Shown here in pieces: positions 28,915 through 38,145 of a DNA stretch of 64,000 bases. Where the stretch lies: contig DATBKD010000093.1 of NCBI GenBank assembly GCA_036556025.1, forward strand, positions 1,828-65,827. The letters are read 5' to 3'. Positions within the stretch are counted from its first letter, which is position 1. Every line of letters begins with the position of its first letter. A program made the position numbers and the translations under genes. This DNA comes from Gemmatimonadales bacterium (GTDB lineage: Bacteria > Gemmatimonadota > Gemmatimonadetes > Gemmatimonadales > GWC2-71-9). Under the pieces are notes generated by a model. That model was not told where the DNA came from, did no database searches, and was given only the letters and a program-made list of their open reading frames with translations.

Positions 28915-30858
28915 ATGCAGCAACCCCTTCCTCCCATCGGCCGGGTCGTCGCGACCGAGCTCAAGCCCTCCACACCCCACCAATTCCATTTCTGGACTGC
29001 CCGGGAATCGCCGATTGGGATCGGAGCCATCGTGCGCGTGGAGGACGCAGGGCGGGTCGTGTATGGCGTGGTGACCGACGGATTCGCGTACTCCGATCTG
29101 ATGACCCCCATGCACGCGGTGCTTGGCGCCGACGGTGATCCCGTCGCCGCGGGCCTCGAGCCCAGTGAGCGCGCCGAAATTCGGCTCTACTCCGCCGCCG
29201 TCCTGCGACAGATACCGGAGGAGCCGCTGCAGCCGGTTCCGCTGGGTCCGGTGTGGCTCGCCTCCGACGCCGACGTGATCCTTGCGCTCCGGATGGACAG
29301 CTATACGGGGCACGATCGCGCCACCGGCATACCCGTCGGACTGTACGCCGCCGGCGGAGTGGAGTCCCCGGTTTATCTGGACTGCGACTTTCTCCTGGGC
29401 CCGGAGGCCGCCCATCTGAACATCACCGGCGTGTCGGGACTCGCCACCAAGACCAGCGCAGTCGAGTTTCTGCTCACCAGCATCTTTCAGACGTTTCCTG
29501 CCCACAAAGGCTCGGTCGCGGCGCTCTGCTTCAATGTGAAGGGGCCCGACCTCTGCTTTCTGGATCAGCCCGCCGAGCTGAGCGAGGAGGATCGTCGGAT
29601 CTACGCCCGGCTGGGTCTGCGTCCCGAACCGTTTTCCAAGGTCCGGTATTACGCGCCCTTCAAGCCCGATGGGGTCAATCTCAATACCCTTCGTACCAAC
29701 GAGGCGCTGGTCGCGAATACCGAGCCTCTCATCTGGGGGCTGCGTGAGGTGCTGGACTACGCCGAGGTCGTGCTCAACCGGGACGACATCGACGCCAAGG
29801 CTGACGCCTTCATCGACTTTCTCGCCGAGCGAGTGGTGGGGAGGGAGTATCAGGATGAGATGCTGCGGGGCAAGCCGTTCTGCGTGCAGAGCTTTGCCGA
29901 CCTGGAAGAGTTCTTCCGCTGCATCTTCGACTTCATGGAGCTGCTGGGTAAAGGCGGCGAAGTGTGGAAGACCCACCATCTCGCCACTATTCGGAAGGTG
30001 CGCAACCGCCTGAGCAACATCTCCACCCGTTCAAAGGGCCTGGTCACCGACGATGGAATCGCCCACGATCTTCCCTGGGGCCGGTTCGAAGACCGGGGCG
30101 TCCATGTGGTGGATGTTGCCGGACTGGATCCCCTGGCGCAGGACCTCGTCTTCGCCCGGATCGTGTCCAAGCTGCGGGAGCACCTGGAGCGCCGGGATCT
30201 CGGGGTGGACCACGTCGTCGTGTTTGTGGATGAGCTGAACAAGTACGCGCCGGCCGAAGCTCCCGACACCTACGTCCGCAAGATGCTCCTCGACCTGTCG
30301 GAGCGAGGTCGCTACCTCGGTCTGGTCCTGTTCTCCGCCCAGCAGTTTCGTTCGCAGGTGCAGCGGAGGGTGGTGGGCAACGCGGGGACCGGCATCTACG
30401 GACGGATGGATATGGATGAGTTGGCCACGCCAGGGTATGCGACCCTCTCGCCCGCGACCAAGATCAAGCTGGCGACCCTGCCGAAGGGTCAGCTCATGGT
30501 CCGCCACCCTCATTTTACCCAGCCGATTTTTGTGAAATTCCCGCGCCCCGCCGTGCTGGCCAGTCGGGACGGCATCGAGCGCTACCCGCCGAGCGCCGAG
30601 TTGCCCTTCGGGGAGGCGGTGGCGCGACAGATCCGCATGCTCGATCGGGCAGTGTCGGTAGACGCGGTCCGCGCCCTGATCGACGGCCGGGGGGAGGACG
30701 ACGTGAGACGGGCGTTGGCGGCAACTCGGCGGGAGCGGGCGGCCGATCCACTCGCTTTCTTCAAGGCATGTCTCGGCCGCCGAGTCAACGGTGAGGTCCT
30801 GGCTCCCCGCCGGGGCATTCCCGCGGTGCACCGCGCCGACGATTCCTATGGGAGGTGA
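28915..30858 (+). CDS. herA: HerA-like (FtsK/HerA superfamily) ATPase
   Basis: 647 aa. N-terminal HAS-barrel-like segment (IGRVVATE...GAIVRVE...VYGVVTD), Walker-A-like GVSGLATKTS and Walker B HVVVFVDELNKYAP. Domain order and size fit bacterial HerA. Confidence 0.7.
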   Translation: MQQPLPPIGRVVATELKPSTPHQFHFWTARESPIGIGAIVRVEDAGRVVYGVVTDGFAYSDLMTPMHAVLGADGDPVAAGLEPSERAEIRLYSAAVLRQIPEEPLQPVPLGPVWLASDADVILALRMDSYTGHDRATGIPVGLYAAGGVESPVYLDCDFLLGPEAAHLNITGVSGLATKTSAVEFLLTSIFQTFPAHKGSVAALCFNVKGPDLCFLDQPAELSEEDRRIYARLGLRPEPFSKVRYYAPFKPDGVNLNTLRTNEALVANTEPLIWGLREVLDYAEVVLNRDDIDAKADAFIDFLAERVVGREYQDEMLRGKPFCVQSFADLEEFFRCIFDFMELLGKGGEVWKTHHLATIRKVRNRLSNISTRSKGLVTDDGIAHDLPWGRFEDRGVHVVDVAGLDPLAQDLVFARIVSKLREHLERRDLGVDHVVVFVDELNKYAPAEAPDTYVRKMLLDLSERGRYLGLVLFSAQQFRSQVQRRVVGNAGTGIYGRMDMDELATPGYATLSPATKIKLATLPKGQLMVRHPHFTQPIFVKFPRPAVLASRDGIERYPPSAELPFGEAVARQIRMLDRAVSVDAVRALIDGRGEDDVRRALAATRRERAADPLAFFKACLGRRVNGEVLAPRRGIPAVHRADDSYGR

Positions 30859-30864
30859 CTTCAA

Positions 30865-32745
30865 TCAGGAGACCAGCCGCTCCGAATCGTCTTCCTGAGA
30901 GATGACTCGTCGTACCTTCATCCGGAGCAGCCGCGCCCGGCCGGAAAGCCACCCCGCCTCGCGCACCTGCTCCTCTTCCGCGATTTCTCGCCAGGCCGAC
31001 GCGATCCCTTTCCGCCCCAGATAGCCCACCAACCTATCCGGGTGGTGGCGATCCACCACGGGTAGCCGCCCGATGTCGTGGCGCACCATCTTGTCCACCG
31101 CTTCTTCCAGCAGCTCGTCCGGATAGGTAACCACCAGCGAGCGGCTCCCTGCCTCCAGCACGCTCCGATCGCCACCCACTCCGGACGAAGCGGCTCGCAC
31201 CAGATCTCCCCGGGTCACTATTCCCACCAGGATTCCTTTGGAGTCGAGGATTGGCCAGGCGTATTGCTCCGCCAGCGTTGGATCGTGCCTTGCCAGCAGG
31301 CTCGACAGCGCGTCCACCGTCATGTCGGCCCGTAGCGTCGGAGCGTTCGCCTGCATGACGTCTTCCACCCGGGAGCGTGACAGGGGGTTCACGATGTACT
31401 CCCGCATCACGTGATAGCCCCGCCGGGCAACCTTTTCGGTCAGGATGGACCGGCGCATCAGCAGTACCGTCACCGTCTGCGCCGCCACGCATCCGATCAG
31501 AAGGGCCGGAAGCACCAGGATATCGTTGGTGAGCTCGAGCATGAACGCCACCGCGGTGAGCGGAGAGCGCATCGTCCCACCCATGATCGCGGCCATGCTG
31601 ATCATGGCCCAGAGCCCGGTGTCGCCCAAATGAATCCAATGCGCCTCGACGGCACCGAGCGCGCCGCCCATGATCAGGAGCGGTGCCAGCACCCCACCCG
31701 AAGTGCCGGAGCCTAGAGCGATGGCCCAGATGAGCGCCTTGGTGATCGCGAGGCCGATCAGGAAGCTGCCCACCAGGCGGCCGTTCAACAGGTCGCCGAT
31801 GGTGTCATAGCCGACCCCCAGGGCGCGGGGAAAGAACAGACCTCCCAGACCGACGAACAGGCCTCCGATGACCGGCCACCACATGAAGTGGATCGGCAGC
31901 TTGGCGAACAGATCTTCAAAGGAGTAGACCAGCCAGGTCAGCAGCCCCGATCCAAACCCGGCGGCCAGGCCCACTGCCAACGCCATGAGAAGCTCGTCCC
32001 AGGAGAGCGCCGCGTGGGGCGTGACTGGGAAGATCGGACCTTGTCCCAGCAACGGCACTCGCAGTGCGGCCGCGACGGCGGCGGAGGCGGCCACCGGAAT
32101 GAAGCTTCTCGGCTTCCACTCGAACAGCAGCAACTCGACGGCGAGCAGGACCGCGGCCAACGGCGTGGCAAAGATCGCCGCCATGCCTCCCGCCGCGCCG
32201 GCAACCAAAAGGGTCTTCCGCTCGGCCGCTGAGAGGTGGAAGGCCTGGGCGAACAGCGATCCGAACGCGCCGCCAGTCATGATGATGGGTCCCTCGGCAC
32301 CGAATGGTCCGCCGGTGCCGATGGAGATGGCGGAGGAGAGCGGCTTGAGCAGGGCGACCTTGGCGCTCATCCGGCTCCGGCCGATCAGAATGGCTTCCAT
32401 CGCCTCCGGAATCCCGTGTCCCCGAATTTTCTCTGAACCGTAGCGCGCCATAAGCCCGATGATGAGTCCGCCCACCATCGGGACCAGGACGGCGCCGAGC
32501 CCCAGGGTGTTTTCCGCCGGGGAGACCAGGTGCGAGCTCCACCTGTGGTAGTACACCAGATTGGTGATGCTGCCGATCAGCCAGACCAGGGCCACGGCCA
32601 CCAGCGCGCTGAGCACCCCGACCACGGCGGCCATCGGGGTAATGATCAAAAGCCGCGTGTCGACCGTGAAATCGCCGAGTCGCTTCTGAGAGTTGGATTC
32701 GCCTGGAGGTATCGCGGTGTCGAGAGAGGATTCAGGAAGGGTCAT
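30865..32745 (-). CDS. ClC-family chloride channel/antiporter with C-terminal CBS pair
   Basis: 626 aa. GSGIPE-like GHGIPEA, GTGGPFGAEGP and GVLAPLL selectivity motifs. Tandem CBS domains at the C-terminus. Confidence 0.9.
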   Translation of the reverse strand: MTLPESSLDTAIPPGESNSQKRLGDFTVDTRLLIITPMAAVVGVLSALVAVALVWLIGSITNLVYYHRWSSHLVSPAENTLGLGAVLVPMVGGLIIGLMARYGSEKIRGHGIPEAMEAILIGRSRMSAKVALLKPLSSAISIGTGGPFGAEGPIIMTGGAFGSLFAQAFHLSAAERKTLLVAGAAGGMAAIFATPLAAVLLAVELLLFEWKPRSFIPVAASAAVAAALRVPLLGQGPIFPVTPHAALSWDELLMALAVGLAAGFGSGLLTWLVYSFEDLFAKLPIHFMWWPVIGGLFVGLGGLFFPRALGVGYDTIGDLLNGRLVGSFLIGLAITKALIWAIALGSGTSGGVLAPLLIMGGALGAVEAHWIHLGDTGLWAMISMAAIMGGTMRSPLTAVAFMLELTNDILVLPALLIGCVAAQTVTVLLMRRSILTEKVARRGYHVMREYIVNPLSRSRVEDVMQANAPTLRADMTVDALSSLLARHDPTLAEQYAWPILDSKGILVGIVTRGDLVRAASSGVGGDRSVLEAGSRSLVVTYPDELLEEAVDKMVRHDIGRLPVVDRHHPDRLVGYLGRKGIASAWREIAEEEQVREAGWLSGRARLLRMKVRRVISQEDDSERLVS

Positions 32746-32792
32746 AGACCGAAGCTACACTGTTCCTGACCTCTCCGACAAGCGAAGCAGAG

Positions 32793-32810
32793 CCCTTGAT
32801 TAATCAAGGG
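32793..32810. promoter_or_regulatory. Perfect 18-bp palindrome, candidate operator between the ClC gene and sbcD
   Basis: CCCTTGATTAATCAAGGG equals its own reverse complement. It is centred 28 nt upstream of the sbcD GTG in an 84-nt divergent intergenic region. Confidence 0.5.
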
Positions 32811-32829
32811 GTTACGAGACATTAGTGGG

Positions 32830-34041
32830 GTGAAGCTCGCACACCTTGCCGACGCTCACCTCGGCATCCGGCAGTATCAGCGGTTGAACTCGGCCGGCGT
32901 CAACCAGCGGGAGGCGGACGTCGCGCAGGCCTTCCGCTACGCTATCGATGGCGTCATTGCCGCCCGTGCGGACGCCGTCGTCCTCGCCGGCGATCTCTTC
33001 CATTCGGTGCGTCCCCCCAATTCGGCGATCGTCTTCGCGTTCAGACAGCTTCAGCGGTTGCATGAGGCCCTGCCGGATGCTCCCATCATCCTCATTGCCG
33101 GCAACCACGATACGCCCCGCTCAGCCGACACCGGCAGCATTTTGCGTCTCTTCGAGGAGCTGGGGGTCGATGTCGCCACCGACGAGGCCCGACGCCTGGT
33201 ATACCCGGCGCTCGATCTGGCCGTGTTGGCGGTGCCACACCAGGCCGTCGTGGCCACGGAGCGCACCTCCCTCAGGCCCGCGGGAGGCGAGGGAAATCAG
33301 GTGCTGGTGCTGCACGGGGAAGTGGAAGGCATCTACCCCGGGGACCGAAGCGCCACCGATTACGGCGGTGCACTCATTGACGCGCAGGCGTTGAAGGCAG
33401 GCGGGTGGAGTTATGTGGCGCTGGGCGACTTCCATGTCCAGTATCAGGTGAAGCAGGAGAAGAGAGAGAAGAAAGCACCGCCGATCTGGTACGCCGGAGC
33501 CCTGGAGTACGTGAGCCCCAACTTCTGGGGCGACCTCCGGCTCGAGCGGGAGCTCGGGCTGGAAGGCAAAGGGTGGCTCCTAGTCGAGTTGGAATCCGGC
33601 AAGGTTACATCGGTCAAGCGCCAAGTAGTGCCCCGGGCCCGTGACATCGTGGATCTCGACCCTCTGTACGCCGACGGTCTCGATGCTCCGGCGGTCAGTG
33701 CCGAGATCGCGGCCAGGGTCGCCCGCATTCCGGGAGGTATCGCCGAGAAGATCGTACGCCTCGTGGTCCATAATGTGCCCCGCCACGTCGCCCGGGAGCT
33801 GGATCACGCCGCTATTCGAGCCCTCAAGACAGCCGCTCTCCATTTCCGTTTGGACCTCCGCCGACCCGAAATCCATCGTGCTGTCGGAGTCGGCTCGCCG
33901 GGCCACCGGCAAACCCTTCCCGAGATGGTCCGCTATTACCTCGAGCACCGGCCGCTGCCGGCCGATCTCGACCGGGAGCGCTTCGTCCGACTCGGGGGCG
34001 AGCTCATGGATGCAGTCGAGCGCGATCTGACGGGTGCCTGA
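32830..34041 (+). CDS. sbcD: SbcD/Mre11-family nuclease
   Basis: GTG start. Phosphoesterase motifs LADAHLG, VLAGDLFH, IAGNHD and LGDFHV. Confidence 0.85.
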   Translation: MKLAHLADAHLGIRQYQRLNSAGVNQREADVAQAFRYAIDGVIAARADAVVLAGDLFHSVRPPNSAIVFAFRQLQRLHEALPDAPIILIAGNHDTPRSADTGSILRLFEELGVDVATDEARRLVYPALDLAVLAVPHQAVVATERTSLRPAGGEGNQVLVLHGEVEGIYPGDRSATDYGGALIDAQALKAGGWSYVALGDFHVQYQVKQEKREKKAPPIWYAGALEYVSPNFWGDLRLERELGLEGKGWLLVELESGKVTSVKRQVVPRARDIVDLDPLYADGLDAPAVSAEIAARVARIPGGIAEKIVRLVVHNVPRHVARELDHAAIRALKTAALHFRLDLRRPEIHRAVGVGSPGHRQTLPEMVRYYLEHRPLPADLDRERFVRLGGELMDAVERDLTGA

Positions 34042-36461
34042 TGCAGATCAATCGCCTCCGGCTCTCCAATTTTCGCCAGCACGAGCACACCGACCTCGAG
34101 TTGGGTCCGGGCCTCACCGGCATCATCGGCCCCAACGGCGCTGGCAAGACGACTCTGCTGGAGGCCATCGCGTGGGCGATGTACGGCATGCCCGCAGCCC
34201 GGGGAAACCGGGAGACGATTCGTCGCCGCGGCGCGCCCCCTCGGGCCAAGGTCGAGGTCGAGCTGGAGTTCACCCTGGGCTCGCATCAGTATCGTGTCCT
34301 CAGGTCACTGAGTTCGGCCGAGCTGTATCAGGACGGCGATCCGGCTCCGATCGCCAACTCGATCGGCTCGGTCACCGACCGGATGACCCGACTGCTGGGC
34401 ATGACCCGGGACGAATTCTTCAACACCTATTTTACCGGCCAGAAGGAACTCGCGGTGATGGCCGCGATGAGTGCTCCGGAACGGGCCCAGTTTCTCTCCC
34501 GGGTGCTGGGATACGAGCGTATCCGGGCCGCTCAGGACCGGCTCAAGGAGCGCCGCTCCAGCCTGCGGGCGCGATTGGATGCGCTCCGAGCCAGTCTGCC
34601 GGATCTGGCCGAGCTCGAGGCCGCCGAGGCTCGGGCCCGCGAGCGAGCGGCGGCCGCGGCTCTGGCCGAAGCCTCCGCCCTCGACGGCTTCGCCGCGGCC
34701 GAACGACGGCTGGGAGAGGTTCGTCCCCGGTGGGAGCGGATCCAGCAACTTCGGGAGACCGCGCTCTCGCTGGAGGCCGATGCCAGGGTGGCCGATCACC
34801 GCGCCGCCACCGCCGCCGAGCAGGTGGAGCGGCTGGAGCGGCATATGAGCGAGGCCGAAACCGCTCGGCGGCGCCTCAAGGCGCTGCAGCGACAATTCGC
34901 ATCACTGGCCGGGCTGCGAGAGGAGGCCCAAGCCCTGAATCGCAGTGCGGAGTCTCATGCGATACGAGTCCGAGTGCGTGCTCAAATGGAGGAGGTGCGA
35001 GCCCACCTCGCCTCGGTCGAAGAGCGGATCGCGCGCTTGCCCTCCGAAGCGGCCCTTGCCGCCGCCCGCGCCCGAGCCAGCGGGACAAGAGCGACGCTGA
35101 CCGCCCTGGCCCTCGACATTGAGACGACTCGTACGGCCTGGGTGCGCGACGCGCAGGACGCCAAGACGAAGCGGCAGGCTCTGCTGGACCAATACCAGGA
35201 GCTCAAGGAGCAGCGGCAGCGCCTGGTCAAGGCCGGTCCTCTGGGTGACTGTCCGACCTGCACTCGGCCACTGGGGAGCGAGTACGAAAAGGTGCTTGGC
35301 CTGCTGGAGCGGCAAATCGAAGAGGTAGTCTCCAATGGAAATTTCTACAAGCAGCGCATAGAACAACTCCAGCAGGAGCCGGCGGGGCTGGACGAGATGG
35401 AACGCCGGCGTGTGGCACTGGAGAGCGAGCTGTCCGAGGGCACGGCCGAGCTGGGTCACTTCGAGGCACAGATGCAGGAAGCCGGCACGCTTCGAAGGGA
35501 TGAGAGCGGTCTGCGACAGCGGCTCGGCGACCTGGAAGCGTCCCTCGGGGAAGTCGCCGTGTCATACGACCAGGCCCGCCACGAAGCCGTCCTTCAGCAG
35601 ATCAAGGCGCTGGAACCGCTAGAGCTTCAGGCCGAGGGGCTTCGCGTCGCCGCCGGCCGAGGAGCGCAGCTGGCCCAGGAGCTCGAAGCCGCCCGGAAGG
35701 AGCGGGAGGAAGCGGCTCGCCGTGCGGACGAGCACCACGCACGGCTGGCGGCGACGGACTACAGCGAAGAAGGGTACCGTGAGACTCGCACAGCCGCGCT
35801 CGCCGCGGAGCAGGCGCGGCAGGAGGCCGAAGTACGCCTGGTGCGCGCCAAGGCGGAGACGGCGGCGGCGGCGGAGGCCATCGATGTGGTCGCGCGCCGG
35901 CGGACGGAACGGGCGGCACGAGAGCAAGAAGCGGCGGCGGCCGCAACGGAGCTGGCACTGCATCAGGAGCTCGACCGGGCACTCACCGATCTGCGAACCG
36001 AGCTGAATGCCAGTCTTCGTCCGGATCTCTCCGAGCTGGCCTCTGGCTTCCTGCGAGACCTGACCAACGGTCGCTATACCGATCTGGAGCTGGACGAGGA
36101 GTACGGCACCCTCCTTCTGGACGATGGCGATCCCAAGGCCGTGATCTCGGGCGGCGAGGAGGATGTGGCCAACCTGGCCCTCCGGCTGGCCATCAGTCAG
36201 ATGATTGCCGAGCGCGCCGGGCAGCCACTCTCGCTCCTTATCCTCGATGAGATCTTTGGCTCGCTGGACGAGGATCGGCGAGTTGCGGTGGTGGATCTGC
36301 TCCGGAGTCTGGCAGACCGATTCCCCCAGGTCATCCTGATCACCCATATCGATTCGGTGCGCGAGGGGTTCGATCGAGTCATCCGGGTCGGCTTCGATCT
36401 TGCGACCGGCGTCGCTAGCGCCTGGGATGAGCCGGTGGGAGGCCAGGATGTGGCGGCCTGA
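34041..36461 (+). CDS. sbcC: SbcC/Rad50-family ATPase
   Basis: ATG shares 1 nt with the sbcD stop (TGATG). Walker A GPNGAGKTT, long coiled coil with zinc hook CPTC, signature SGGEEDVANLALRLA and Walker B LLILDEIFGSLD. Confidence 0.9.
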   Translation: MQINRLRLSNFRQHEHTDLELGPGLTGIIGPNGAGKTTLLEAIAWAMYGMPAARGNRETIRRRGAPPRAKVEVELEFTLGSHQYRVLRSLSSAELYQDGDPAPIANSIGSVTDRMTRLLGMTRDEFFNTYFTGQKELAVMAAMSAPERAQFLSRVLGYERIRAAQDRLKERRSSLRARLDALRASLPDLAELEAAEARARERAAAAALAEASALDGFAAAERRLGEVRPRWERIQQLRETALSLEADARVADHRAATAAEQVERLERHMSEAETARRRLKALQRQFASLAGLREEAQALNRSAESHAIRVRVRAQMEEVRAHLASVEERIARLPSEAALAAARARASGTRATLTALALDIETTRTAWVRDAQDAKTKRQALLDQYQELKEQRQRLVKAGPLGDCPTCTRPLGSEYEKVLGLLERQIEEVVSNGNFYKQRIEQLQQEPAGLDEMERRRVALESELSEGTAELGHFEAQMQEAGTLRRDESGLRQRLGDLEASLGEVAVSYDQARHEAVLQQIKALEPLELQAEGLRVAAGRGAQLAQELEAARKEREEAARRADEHHARLAATDYSEEGYRETRTAALAAEQARQEAEVRLVRAKAETAAAAEAIDVVARRRTERAAREQEAAAAATELALHQELDRALTDLRTELNASLRPDLSELASGFLRDLTNGRYTDLELDEEYGTLLLDDGDPKAVISGGEEDVANLALRLAISQMIAERAGQPLSLLILDEIFGSLDEDRRVAVVDLLRSLADRFPQVILITHIDSVREGFDRVIRVGFDLATGVASAWDEPVGGQDVAA

Positions 36462-37410
36462 CCGGAGTGTGCGCGGGCCGGATCGACCCACGCTGCGCGA
36501 TGTAGATCAACTCAACCGGGTCTTCGCCGAAGCTTTTACCGATCGCTACAGTCGGGACGGGCTGGTGGGCGTGCGCGTGCCCCAGCTCAACCCACTGGTC
36601 TGGCGCTACGCCCTGGAAGATGCCGGTGACGGGTCAATGGTCTGGCGGGATGCGGACGGGCAGATCGTCGCATTCAACATGGTCCATCGGTCCGGAACCG
36701 AAGGGTGGATGGGCCCGTTGGCGGTTCGACCGGATCGCCAGGGAGAAGGGCTCGGCTCCATGATGGTGCGAATCGGCATCGAGTGGCTTCGGGGGCAGCA
36801 TGCCACCACCATCGGTCTGGAAACCATGCCCCGGACGGTAGACAACATCGGCTTTTACAGTCGCATCGGGCTAGTACCGGGACATCTCACCGTCACCCTG
36901 GTTCAGGATGTACCTCGAAGGGTTGCCGGACCTCGCTTGGAGCTCCTCTCCGCTGCGGGAACCCGGGGGCCGGAGCTGATCGTCGAATGCCGCCGGTTGA
37001 CCGACAGCCTCCTTCCTGGGGTGGACTTCACCCGTGAACTGACTCTCACTCGGGAGCTCGCGATCGGGGACACGACCCTCCTGCGAGAAGATGGCACGCT
37101 TATCGCCTTTGCCTTATGGCACTCCACTCCTCTCGCCGCCGGACGCCCAAAGGATGAACTGCGCGTCCTCAAGCTGGTGGCACGAGACGCCCCCGCCTTC
37201 GAACGCCTGCTGAGCACGCTGCCGGCCACCGCCGCGGCCGAGCGAGTGGGACGCATCGCGGTTCGCTGCCAGACAGAATTTGCCACCTCCTACCTCCGGC
37301 TGGTCGGGCTCGGCTACCGGGTTCATTGGACCGATCTTCGAATGTTGCTTGACGGCTTCCCCCAGCGGCCACCGCTCGAGGGCATCGTCATGTCCAATTG
37401 GGAAATCTGA
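36448..37410 (+). CDS. GNAT-family N-acetyltransferase (two-domain)
   Basis: ATG 36448 with a GGGAGG RBS 5 nt upstream; it overlaps the sbcC 3' end by 14 nt. Acetyl-CoA motif RPDRQGEGLGSMMV. Confidence 0.75.
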   Translation: MWRPDRSVRGPDRPTLRDVDQLNRVFAEAFTDRYSRDGLVGVRVPQLNPLVWRYALEDAGDGSMVWRDADGQIVAFNMVHRSGTEGWMGPLAVRPDRQGEGLGSMMVRIGIEWLRGQHATTIGLETMPRTVDNIGFYSRIGLVPGHLTVTLVQDVPRRVAGPRLELLSAAGTRGPELIVECRRLTDSLLPGVDFTRELTLTRELAIGDTTLLREDGTLIAFALWHSTPLAAGRPKDELRVLKLVARDAPAFERLLSTLPATAAAERVGRIAVRCQTEFATSYLRLVGLGYRVHWTDLRMLLDGFPQRPPLEGIVMSNWEI

Positions 37411-37440
37411 AAGCCGTGGCTGGGCGGTCCGGTTCGTCGC

Positions 37441-37863
37441 TCAGGGTGTGGTGATGGGATCAGGGCGCGCGGTTTCTTCCACCATTTCCAGCAACCGGGA
37501 GGGCAGGAAAGGCTTCTTGAGCAGCGGCAGGTCCGAGTCGAGCAGCGAGTGCTCTTCGAGATAGGCCCGCGGGTACCCCGAGATGAAGAGGATGGGCAGC
37601 TGCGGCCACCGTTCGGCGGTCACCTCGGCCAGCTCCCTGCCGGTCAGCCCCGGCATCACCAGATCGAAAATTGCCAGCCTGAGACGCGGCGCGTGGGCGG
37701 CGAGAAAGGCGAGGGCCTCGAAGCCATCGGCGGCCTCGAGCACCTCATAGTTCGCCTGGGTAAGCGCCCGCGCGACCAGATGACGAACGACCTCTTCGTC
37801 ATCCACGATAAGGATCGGGCCGCGAGAGTCGCGGGCGGGGGGCTCGGATTCGGCTTCGGTCAT
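37441..37863 (-). CDS. Single-domain (CheY-like) response regulator
   Basis: 140 aa. ILIVDDEE, AIFDLVMPGLTG, LFISGY and LLKKPF are canonical receiver motifs. Confidence 0.85.
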   Translation of the reverse strand: MTEAESEPPARDSRGPILIVDDEEVVRHLVARALTQANYEVLEAADGFEALAFLAAHAPRLRLAIFDLVMPGLTGRELAEVTAERWPQLPILFISGYPRAYLEEHSLLDSDLPLLKKPFLPSRLLEMVEETARPDPITTP

Positions 37864-38145
37864 AAAATGGGTGCGACGAGTTGTGGCCGGCGGTCACAAA
37901 GAACGCAGTCCCGACGCGAGAGTCGGTGAGGCGGCTCACGCTCGAGCGGTCGGCCTGAGTCGGTCTCCCGTCGAATGACGAGTTCGTGAGATGATGCCGA
38001 GTGTGATTCTCGGCAGTCACTGAACTGATATGATACGGTATTTCGTTACAAATCAAAGCTATCTGTACATCTAATCACTAGCAGAACTGAAACTTCGACT
38101 GTACCGCAGAGACAGCGACTAATGGGATTGTATCAAGATTTGATA

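Noticed and set aside
34034-35122. 362-aa Arg/Gly/Pro-rich ORF overlapping the 5' third of sbcC in another frame
   Set aside because: The SbcC frame has Walker A and coiled-coil features. The alternative frame is low-complexity and is a by-product of GC-rich codons.
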